A DNA stretch of 64,000 bases from Thermodesulfobacteriota bacterium. GTDB taxonomy: Bacteria; Desulfobacterota; BSN033; UBA1163. The notes below the pieces were generated by a model, which ran no database searches, was not told where the DNA came from, and saw only the letters and a program-made list of their open reading frames with translations. A program made the position numbers and the translations under genes. Location of the stretch: NCBI GenBank assembly GCA_049514515.1, contig JBEKUZ010000014.1, positions 2,955 to 66,954 of the forward strand. The letters are read 5' to 3'. Positions 9,789-16,847 of the stretch are shown here, in pieces; position 1 is the first letter of the stretch; every line of letters starts with the position of its first letter.

Positions 9789-11132
9789 ATGGGAATGACA
9801 GGGATCCAAATCTTTAAGCTATTACCTAAAACCAACTGTAAGGAGTGCGGCGTTCCAACCTGTCTCGCTTTTGCCATGAACCTGGCTGCCGGAAAAGCAG
9901 AATTGGCCTCCTGTCCCTATGTGTCTGAGGAGGCAAAAGCCATGCTCTCTGAAGCCGCGGCGCCGCCGATTCGACCCCTTGCCATTGGCGCGGGTGAAAA
10001 TGTGGTCAAGGTCGGTGGAGAAACGGTTTTGTTCCGTCATGAAAAGACCTTTGTCAACAAACCTGGTATTGCTATTCTGATCAGTGATACCATGCCGGAG
10101 GCAGAGGTCACTGCCCGCTTGAAGCGATTCAAGGAATTGAAATACGAAAGGGTCGGTCTGACCTTGCGGCCGGAGTTGATCGCGGTCAAGAACGAATCAG
10201 GCGACCCCGGAAAATTCGAAGCCTTGATCAAAAAGGTAAAAGGTGAAACCGATGCAGCCCTCATCCTGATGAGCGCCAAGGTGGATGCCTTGACGGCAGG
10301 CGTGAAGGCCTGCGCGGATCGTGTCCCGTTGATTTACGCGGCAACCGACGGCAATAGCGATGCCTTGGCCAATCTTGCCAAAGAAAACAAATGTCCGCTG
10401 GCGGTCAAAGCCGACAATCTTGATGCATTGCTCGCACTTTCTGACAAACTAACCGCCGCAGGCTTAAAAGACCTGGTCCTTGATTCCGGATCAAGGACCC
10501 TTCGCAAAGCCTTTGAGGACCAAATCTATATCCGCCGGGCAGCCCTCATCCAAAAAAGCCGCTCCCTCGGATTCCCAACCATTACCTTCCCTTGTGAAAT
10601 GACGAAAGATCCGATGAAAGAGGCCTTGATTGCAGCAACCTTTGTATCGAAATATGCAGGTATCATCGTTCTCTCGGACTTCCAGGGCGAAAGCGTCTTT
10701 CCCCTTCTCGTGGAACGGCTGAATATTTATACCGACCCTCAGCGGCCCATGATGATGCAACAAGGAATCTACCCCATTGGCACCCCGACAGACGCTTCTC
10801 CAGTGCTCATCACGACCAACTTCTCTCTCACCTATTTTATCGTCTCCGGTGAGGTTGAATCGAGTCGGGTGCCGAGCTGGCTTTTGGTGATGGATACCGA
10901 AGGGCTGTCGGTTCTGACCGCCTGGGCCGCAGGAAAGTTCGTGGGCGATGCAATCGGCGCATTCATCAAAAAGAGTGGCATCACCGAGAAAGTCAAGCAT
11001 CGTCGGGTGGTCATCCCCGGAGCGGTTGCAGCCGTAAGCGGCGACCTCGAAGAAGAGCTGGGTAAGGACTGGGAAGTCAAGATCGGACCCAGGGAAGCAG
11101 CTCACATACCCGCCTTTTTGAAGATGGGATAA
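9789..11132 (+). CDS. acsC: corrinoid iron-sulfur protein large subunit (AcsC/CdhE, gamma)
   Basis: N-terminal [4Fe-4S] motif CKECGVPTC...C followed by TIM-barrel and B12-binding regions. The ATG at 9789 has SD ggaaaggag; the ORF-track start at 9741 lacks an SD. Confidence 0.88.
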   Translation: MGMTGIQIFKLLPKTNCKECGVPTCLAFAMNLAAGKAELASCPYVSEEAKAMLSEAAAPPIRPLAIGAGENVVKVGGETVLFRHEKTFVNKPGIAILISDTMPEAEVTARLKRFKELKYERVGLTLRPELIAVKNESGDPGKFEALIKKVKGETDAALILMSAKVDALTAGVKACADRVPLIYAATDGNSDALANLAKENKCPLAVKADNLDALLALSDKLTAAGLKDLVLDSGSRTLRKAFEDQIYIRRAALIQKSRSLGFPTITFPCEMTKDPMKEALIAATFVSKYAGIIVLSDFQGESVFPLLVERLNIYTDPQRPMMMQQGIYPIGTPTDASPVLITTNFSLTYFIVSGEVESSRVPSWLLVMDTEGLSVLTAWAAGKFVGDAIGAFIKKSGITEKVKHRRVVIPGAVAAVSGDLEEELGKDWEVKIGPREAAHIPAFLKMG

Positions 11133-11142
11133 ACCGTTCGTG

Positions 11143-11205
11143 TCCGTGTCGGTTTTTCGTGTCCGTGGATGTTCCTTGATTGCCGACACAAGACACGGTC
11201 ACATT
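11143..11205. repeat. GTGTCCGTG/CCGACAC.GACACGGTCAC hairpin followed by a T6 run (terminator- or attenuator-like) between acsC and acsE
   Basis: cgtgtccgtgtcgg ... cgtgtccgtgg ... ccgacacaagacacggtcacattttttc. Confidence 0.65.
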
Positions 11206-11228
11206 TTTTCTGAAGAAGGAGGAAAATC

Positions 11229-12131
11229 ATGTTACGTGTTGGCGAAAACCTGAATGTGATGGTCAAGAAGATTGGAACTGCCATGAAGGACAGAGATCCC
11301 AAGCCTATCCAGGAGTTGGCCCTGGCGGAGGCTAAGGTGGGGGTCGATTTCATCGATATCAACCTCGGACCTGCCCGAAAGGGCGGAGGAGAGTTGATGG
11401 AGTGGATCGTCAAGGTCGTCCAGGAGGTGGTGGATACGCCTCTTTACCTCGATACGATCAATACGGAAGCCATCGAAGCCGGGCTCAAGGTTTACAAGAA
11501 CAAGAAAGGAAAGGCTGTGATCAATTCGATCATGGCCCGCCCCGAAAGCATGGACGCCAAGTTCCCCATCGCACAAAAACACAATGCGGGAATTGTTGCT
11601 CTTCTCTGGGGTCCCTCGGGCCTTCCCCGGGATGCAGACGAGAGAGGAGTCCTGGCAGCGGAGTTAATGCAAAAATGCTTAGAATTCGGGATCCCAGGCG
11701 AAGATGTCTGGATGGATCCCATTGTCACTCCGGTGACCAGCCCGCAGAGCCAGGTTCAGGTTCCGAGTTGTATCGAGTTTATGAAGATGTTCAAGGATCT
11801 CCAAGAAGTGCTCCCCGGGATGAGATCCACCTGCGGTCTTTCGAATGTTTCGAATGGAGCTCCGGAACACCTGAGGCCCATCCTCAATCAAACTTATATG
11901 ATGATGCTCGAACGATATGGGATGGCCTCGGCCATCGTCGATGCCTTTGACGAAGATCTGAAGAAATTTGCTTCGGGGGGAAGAGAGGATCTCAGAAAAC
12001 TCGTCTTCCGGGTCATGGACGGAGAAGAAGTTGATCTCAAGAAGCTGAGTAAAGAACAGGCCGATTATGCGAAGACCACCAGGGTCTTGATTGCCAAGAC
12101 GCTTTACTCCGATTCATGGCTGGAACTGTAA
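11229..12131 (+). CDS. acsE: methyl-THF:corrinoid iron-sulfur protein methyltransferase (pterin-binding, MeTr)
   Basis: 300-aa pterin-binding domain protein placed after acsC. SD gaaggagg precedes the ATG. Confidence 0.85.
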   Translation: MLRVGENLNVMVKKIGTAMKDRDPKPIQELALAEAKVGVDFIDINLGPARKGGGELMEWIVKVVQEVVDTPLYLDTINTEAIEAGLKVYKNKKGKAVINSIMARPESMDAKFPIAQKHNAGIVALLWGPSGLPRDADERGVLAAELMQKCLEFGIPGEDVWMDPIVTPVTSPQSQVQVPSCIEFMKMFKDLQEVLPGMRSTCGLSNVSNGAPEHLRPILNQTYMMMLERYGMASAIVDAFDEDLKKFASGGREDLRKLVFRVMDGEEVDLKKLSKEQADYAKTTRVLIAKTLYSDSWLEL

Positions 12132-12257
12132 TCACTGAGTTTTAGCATCCGCCATATAGGAATTGAGGGATTGCGAAAATGGATGGTCTTCATGAATCCT
12201 TAAATTCCAAAATCCCTGAATTCAAAAATTCTATTTCGTTTCAATGAGGAAGTGCCT

Positions 12258-13175
12258 ATGAAATCAGGAAGCCGTCTCGAGAGGGTCCTTGCAGCTGGAC
12301 ATTTTGCCTTCACCGGTGAACTCGGCCCACCCCAAGGAGCCAATGTGGAGGCGATCAAGAAAAAAGCAAATTATCTAAAGGGGATCACGGATGCGGTGAA
12401 CATCACAGACAACCAGACGGCTGTCGTACGAATGGCAAGTTGGGCGGCTGGCTTGATTGCCATCCAGGAAGGTTTGGAACCCAACTACCAGATGGTCTGC
12501 CGCGATCGTAACCGCATCGCCATGCAGAGCGATATCCTGGGAGCTTACGCTCATGGCATTCGAAATATGCTCTGCCTTTCGGGTGACCACCAACAATTTG
12601 GCAATCACCCTTTGACAAAAGGCGTGTTCGACATCGACTCCATCCAGCTGATCAACATGGTCAAAGGGATGAGGGACAACAAGAAATTTCTGAACGGGGA
12701 TGACATTGATGGGGCCCCGCAGTTATTCATCGGCGCTGCAGCCAACCCCTTTGCCGAACCTTTCGAATTCAGGGTGCACCGTTTGGCGAAAAAGGTCGCG
12801 GCGGGTGCCGATTTCATCCAGACCCAGTGTATCTACGACATGAAAAGGTTCCGAGAGTGGATGAAACAGGCCGACGATATGGGACTGACCGAGAAGGTCA
12901 ATATTCTGGCGGGAGTCACTCCTCTGAAATCAGGAGGTATGGCCCGGTATATGGCCAAGAACGTCTCCGGCATCATCATCCCCGATGAGATCATTGATCG
13001 AATTGTAAATGCCAAAAAAGCCTCAGAAGAAGGAATCAAACTCTGCGTTGAACAAATCGAAGAATTGAAAGAGATGAAGGGGGTTCGTGGCGTTCATCTG
13101 ATGGCCATTGAATGGGAACACAGGGTTCCAGAAATTGCGGAACGGGCTAAGTTGATACCCAGGCCTCAAGTTTAG
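12258..13175 (+). CDS. metF: 5,10-methylenetetrahydrofolate reductase, acetogen-type (copy 1)
   Basis: MetF-like TIM barrel; about 65% identity to the copy at 26965. SD gaggaag precedes the ATG at 12258; the ORF track uses the GTG at 12252. Confidence 0.88.
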   Translation: MKSGSRLERVLAAGHFAFTGELGPPQGANVEAIKKKANYLKGITDAVNITDNQTAVVRMASWAAGLIAIQEGLEPNYQMVCRDRNRIAMQSDILGAYAHGIRNMLCLSGDHQQFGNHPLTKGVFDIDSIQLINMVKGMRDNKKFLNGDDIDGAPQLFIGAAANPFAEPFEFRVHRLAKKVAAGADFIQTQCIYDMKRFREWMKQADDMGLTEKVNILAGVTPLKSGGMARYMAKNVSGIIIPDEIIDRIVNAKKASEEGIKLCVEQIEELKEMKGVRGVHLMAIEWEHRVPEIAERAKLIPRPQV

Positions 13176-13254
13176 GCAGTTAAATTAGCCTCCCGAAACT
13201 CGGAAGGCACACGAAGGGTGACGGCGGAGAAAGACTGAGAATGAGGAGAGATCC

Positions 13255-13914
13255 ATGTTGGCTTTTATTCGGGGACAGCTGATATCGATTGCTTTTGTTG
13301 TGTTTGTTCTAGGGCTGATATTCCATTTTATCCAATTTTTCAGATTGACCAGGAAAAAAGAATGGGCTTACCCTCCCCTGGAAATAAAGTCGCAAAAGAA
13401 AACACCGGGACAGTGGGTCACTTCCTGCCTGGCATCCCTTAACGGAACCCTCTGGAAAACCTATCCCGTTGTGACAGTCATGACTTCCGTTTTCCACGTC
13501 TTTTTGATCGGGGTGCCTCTTTTTCTGCTCGGCCATAATATGCTCCTGAGCCAATCCTGGGGTCTTAGCTTTTGGAGCTTGCGCGAATCTGTCACCGACG
13601 TCTTAACCGTCGTCGTTATCGTCTGTGCGGCCTTTTTCCTCGGCCGGCGATTATTCCTCGCCCGCGTTCGGGCCATCACGACGGCCTATGACTATCTCGT
13701 CCTGCTTATCGCGGTGGCCCCCTTTCTGACGGGGTACTTCGCATACCACCAGTGGTTTGATTATCGCACGGTGATGACCATCCACATTCTGTCGGGAGTG
13801 GTCATGCTTATCACGATCCCGTTTACGAAACTCGGCCACATGCTCTTTTTCTTTCTCTATCGATTCCTGATCGGAACCGAATACAGTTTCGCAAGGGGAG
13901 CCCGGGCCTGGTAA
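13255..13914 (+). CDS. NarI/HdrE/DsrM-type di-heme cytochrome b membrane subunit
   Basis: 219 aa with about 5 predicted TM helices and conserved His in helices 2 and 5 (FHVF..., HILSG...GHM). SD gaggag precedes the start. Confidence 0.7.
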   Translation: MLAFIRGQLISIAFVVFVLGLIFHFIQFFRLTRKKEWAYPPLEIKSQKKTPGQWVTSCLASLNGTLWKTYPVVTVMTSVFHVFLIGVPLFLLGHNMLLSQSWGLSFWSLRESVTDVLTVVVIVCAAFFLGRRLFLARVRAITTAYDYLVLLIAVAPFLTGYFAYHQWFDYRTVMTIHILSGVVMLITIPFTKLGHMLFFFLYRFLIGTEYSFARGARAW

Positions 13915-13944
13915 CGGAAAGAATCTTGCGGCATGGAGAACACT

Positions 13945-14346
13945 ATGTCTCATCAGGAATTGAAACCAGTCGACACAAAACAGATCCAAGGGATGCTCAG
14001 CCGGAAAAAGGGCAAAATGAAACGATTTTTGTCCTACTGTGCCCATTGCAGCCTTTGTGCCGAAAGCTGTTTTTTATACATGGAGCACCATAAGGATCCG
14101 CAATACATGCCCTCATATAAGGCGATCAATTCCTTGGGCAAATTATACAGAAAAAACGGTAAGGTAGACCGGAAGCTTTTGACGGAGATGAAGGGCATTG
14201 TCTGGAGAAACTGTGTGCTTTGCGGCCGTTGTTATTGCCCCATTGGGATTCATATCCCGAGCATGATTGCCTTTGCCAGAAGCATCCTCAGGTCCCAGGA
14301 TGTCTATCCTCAGCTGGATGAGGTTTCGTCGGAGAGCTGGTTGTAA
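13945..14346 (+). CDS. 2x[4Fe-4S] ferredoxin-like subunit (HdrC/HdrD-N/DsrK-N-like; no CCG domain)
   Basis: Motifs CAHCSLCAESC and CVLCGRCYCP. The start may be the ATG at 13933 or at 13945; the latter has a GGAG SD. Confidence 0.65.
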   Translation: MSHQELKPVDTKQIQGMLSRKKGKMKRFLSYCAHCSLCAESCFLYMEHHKDPQYMPSYKAINSLGKLYRKNGKVDRKLLTEMKGIVWRNCVLCGRCYCPIGIHIPSMIAFARSILRSQDVYPQLDEVSSESWL

Positions 14347-14377
14347 TACGGAGGGAAATTTGCGAAGGAGAAAGGGT

Positions 14378-14785
14378 ATGAAATGGACCGGCTGTAGCCT
14401 CTGGATGATCGCGTTTGCTGCTCTCCTGATGTTAAGCCACTCTCCCGTCAACGCACAGCCGGATAAGATGATATTGGATCTTTCGGCCATCTCCGGGAAG
14501 ACAACGAGACCCCCGGTGAGCTTTCCTCACAACCGCCACGTGGAAGCAGGCTTGTCCTGTAAGGACTGCCATCACATCTACGAAAACGGGAAAAACGTTC
14601 TGGACGAAAGTAAACTCGAGGAAGGAAATAAGGGCATCCGTTGCTCTGCCTGTCATGGTCCGAAATCCCAAGCCAATCTCGAACAGGCCTTTCACAATCA
14701 ATGCGTCGGCTGTCACACAAAATACGAGAAAGAAAAGAAGAAGACAGGTCCCCGGTACTGTGGGGAATGTCATATACGAAAATAG
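14378..14785 (+). CDS. periplasmic tetraheme cytochrome c3 (type I c3-like)
   Basis: Signal peptide MKWTGCSLWMIAFAALLMLSHSPVNAQP and four CxxCH motifs (CKDCHH, CSACHG, CVGCHT, CGECHI) within about 135 aa. Confidence 0.85.
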   Translation: MKWTGCSLWMIAFAALLMLSHSPVNAQPDKMILDLSAISGKTTRPPVSFPHNRHVEAGLSCKDCHHIYENGKNVLDESKLEEGNKGIRCSACHGPKSQANLEQAFHNQCVGCHTKYEKEKKKTGPRYCGECHIRK

Positions 14786-14804
14786 CGTAGCCGGAGGAAG
14801 AAAA

Positions 14805-15479
14805 ATGATTGTTGGGGAAAGAAAACCTTTTGACGAGATCAAGGAAATGATCAAGAGCTTCAAGAAGGTTCTGAATGTGGGTTGCGGGGGTTGTACATCC
14901 ATCTGCATGGCCGGCGGTCAAAGAGAAGTCGGACTCTTAAATGAGGAACTCCAGAACGCCTTCAAGCAGGAGGGAGCCTCGTCTCGGGTGGATGGGTTCA
15001 CCATTGAGCGACAGTGCAATGCCGATTTCTTCTCGGAGCTGGACGAGATCGTAAAAGAATATGATGGCTTGTTGTCCATGGCTTGTGGAGCCGGGGTCCA
15101 ATTCCTTGCCGACCGATACCCTCAAAAACCGGTGTTTCCCGCTTTGAACACCGTTTTCGTCGGCGTCGACCGGGATATCGGGTGGTTCGAGGAGAATTGC
15201 AGGACGTGCCGTGAGTGCGTCTTGGGAGAAACAGGAGGAATATGCCCTGTTACAAGGTGCGCCAAAAGTCTCTTCAACGGCCCCTGCGGAGGAACTTCTC
15301 GGGAGGGTAAATGCGAAGTGAGCAAGGATACTCCTTGCGCCTGGTTTGAGATCCATAAACGCCTGAAGGAACAAAACAGGCTGGAGAACATTCTGAGGCT
15401 GAAACCCGCAAGGGAATGGCGAAATCAAACTCAGGGAACCCTCGTTCAGGAAGCCTATAAGAAGAGATATGCGAAATGA
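14805..15479 (+). CDS. metV: MetV-type zinc/FeS small subunit of methylene-THF reductase (copy 1)
   Basis: Cys motifs GCGGCTSIC and CRTCRECV...CP.TRCAKSLFNGPCGG. Paralog of 26195-26863, with SD ggaggaag. Confidence 0.8.
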   Translation: MIVGERKPFDEIKEMIKSFKKVLNVGCGGCTSICMAGGQREVGLLNEELQNAFKQEGASSRVDGFTIERQCNADFFSELDEIVKEYDGLLSMACGAGVQFLADRYPQKPVFPALNTVFVGVDRDIGWFEENCRTCRECVLGETGGICPVTRCAKSLFNGPCGGTSREGKCEVSKDTPCAWFEIHKRLKEQNRLENILRLKPAREWRNQTQGTLVQEAYKKRYAK

Positions 15480-15562
15480 GACAGGCTGCTGAAAAGGGAA
15501 GCCCTTTCCCGGTTGAAAGCGTTCCCGTGCTTCAGGAGCCCATGTCAATTCTTCACAAGCCT

Positions 15563-15593
15563 TGACAGATTTTTCCCTGGGGTTTTATAATTT
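15563..15593 (+). promoter_or_regulatory. near-consensus sigma70 promoter (TTGACA, 17-18 nt spacer, TATAAT)
   Basis: cTTGACAgatttttccctggggttTTATAATtt, located about 330 nt upstream of the metF2 ATG. Confidence 0.55.
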
Positions 15594-15922
15594 AGTATTC
15601 TTATTCCTCACGCCCTTAAAAATACCCGTTCTTTTGGGCAATCGATTCATAAAATTAGAGCATTGGCGGTAGAGGGGACGATGTCTTGCACCGAGAAAGT
15701 CCTCGGTTCCGCATTATCCGCTTTTTCGCTCGGGGCGTCGGTCAGAATGTGATGTCCCCTGCCCCTCGAGAGGATTGGATAATGAAGCTTCCCGGCCACA
15801 GGCCGCGGCTTCCCGGGGAAGAAATATCGTTTTGATTGTGCCCCCTTGACCCCGCCTACAAGGCGGGGCTTACGGGGCACTTACCGGTCGCCTCCCTCAA
15901 ATTGGGAGAGAGGAGAAAGCCC

Positions 15923-16798
15923 ATGACATTTAAGGAACGATTGGATTCGGGAAAATTCGCAGTCGTCGTCGAGCTCCAGCCTCCTAAGGGAAGCGACGTC
16001 TCCGAGTTGTACGACTATGCCGAACTCTTCAAAGGGCGCGTGGATGCGATCAACGTGCCAGACCTCCAGAATGCCATCATGAGGCTGGGATCCCTTTCAG
16101 TATGCACCCTGCTAAAGGCAAAAAAGGGGATGGAGGTGATCTACAATCTCTCCTGTAGCGACCGGAACCGATTGGCACTGCAATCCGAACTCTTAAACGC
16201 CTCCACTCTGGGCCTCAAGAACCTCTTCCTCGTCCACGGCGATCAACCCTCTACCGGGGATCACTTCGAAGCCAAAGCGGTCTTTGATCTCGACGTCATG
16301 GGTTTGCTCGGCGCGGCCAAGCGTCTCCAAGAAGGCTACGACCTCGCAGGGAATGATCTTCAAGGAAAACCAAAATTCTGCGTAGGCACCCACATCAACG
16401 CCGCCGCGAAAGGTCATGTCCTCGACCTAGAGGTCATGGACATGGAGAAGAAGATACGGATGGGAGTTGATTTCTTCTTCACCCATTCGATCTACGATGC
16501 AAGCCTTTTTGAGGCCTTCGCCAAAAAAGTGGCACACTTCAAGGTCCCCATCATCGCTGGCATCACCCTGCTCAAATCAGTGGGCATGGCCCGCTATGTA
16601 AACAAGCATGTGGAGGGAGCTTCCATCCCGGATTCAGTCATCGACCGAATGATGAAGGCGTCGGATAAACAGCAGGCAAGCGTTGAGATCGCCGGGGGTC
16701 TGATCAAGGCGTTGAAACCACTCTGCCAAGGAGTCCAGATCATTCCCATCGGATGGGAAAAACAGGTCCCCGCGCTCCTGGATTATGCAGGACTGTAG
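15923..16798 (+). CDS. divergent MetF-family methylene-THF reductase-like protein (copy 2, orphan)
   Basis: 291 aa with a MetF fold but much lower identity to copies 1 and 3. SD gagaggag precedes the ATG at 15923. The upstream in-frame extension from 15836 has no SD and overlaps a structured leader. Confidence 0.75.
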   Translation: MTFKERLDSGKFAVVVELQPPKGSDVSELYDYAELFKGRVDAINVPDLQNAIMRLGSLSVCTLLKAKKGMEVIYNLSCSDRNRLALQSELLNASTLGLKNLFLVHGDQPSTGDHFEAKAVFDLDVMGLLGAAKRLQEGYDLAGNDLQGKPKFCVGTHINAAAKGHVLDLEVMDMEKKIRMGVDFFFTHSIYDASLFEAFAKKVAHFKVPIIAGITLLKSVGMARYVNKHVEGASIPDSVIDRMMKASDKQQASVEIAGGLIKALKPLCQGVQIIPIGWEKQVPALLDYAGL

Positions 16799-16847
16799 AA
16801 TACACACTCAGCGTCTCACTCTCCTCTCCCCGTAAGGGGGAAGGGCT

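Noticed and set aside
10491-11189. 232-aa minus-strand ORF
   Set aside because: Antisense shadow of acsC.
15836-15922. N-terminal extension of metF2 from the ATG at 15836 (MCPLDPAYKAG...)
   Set aside because: No SD precedes it, it is not conserved relative to other MetF N-termini, and it overlaps a structured G/C hairpin in the leader. The ATG at 15923 has a good SD (gagaggag).
15600-15922. Possible SAM-I, THF, ZTP or cobalamin riboswitch upstream of metF2
   Set aside because: None of the conserved core motifs of these classes could be recognised by eye. The region is kept as an unclassified structured leader rather than a named riboswitch.
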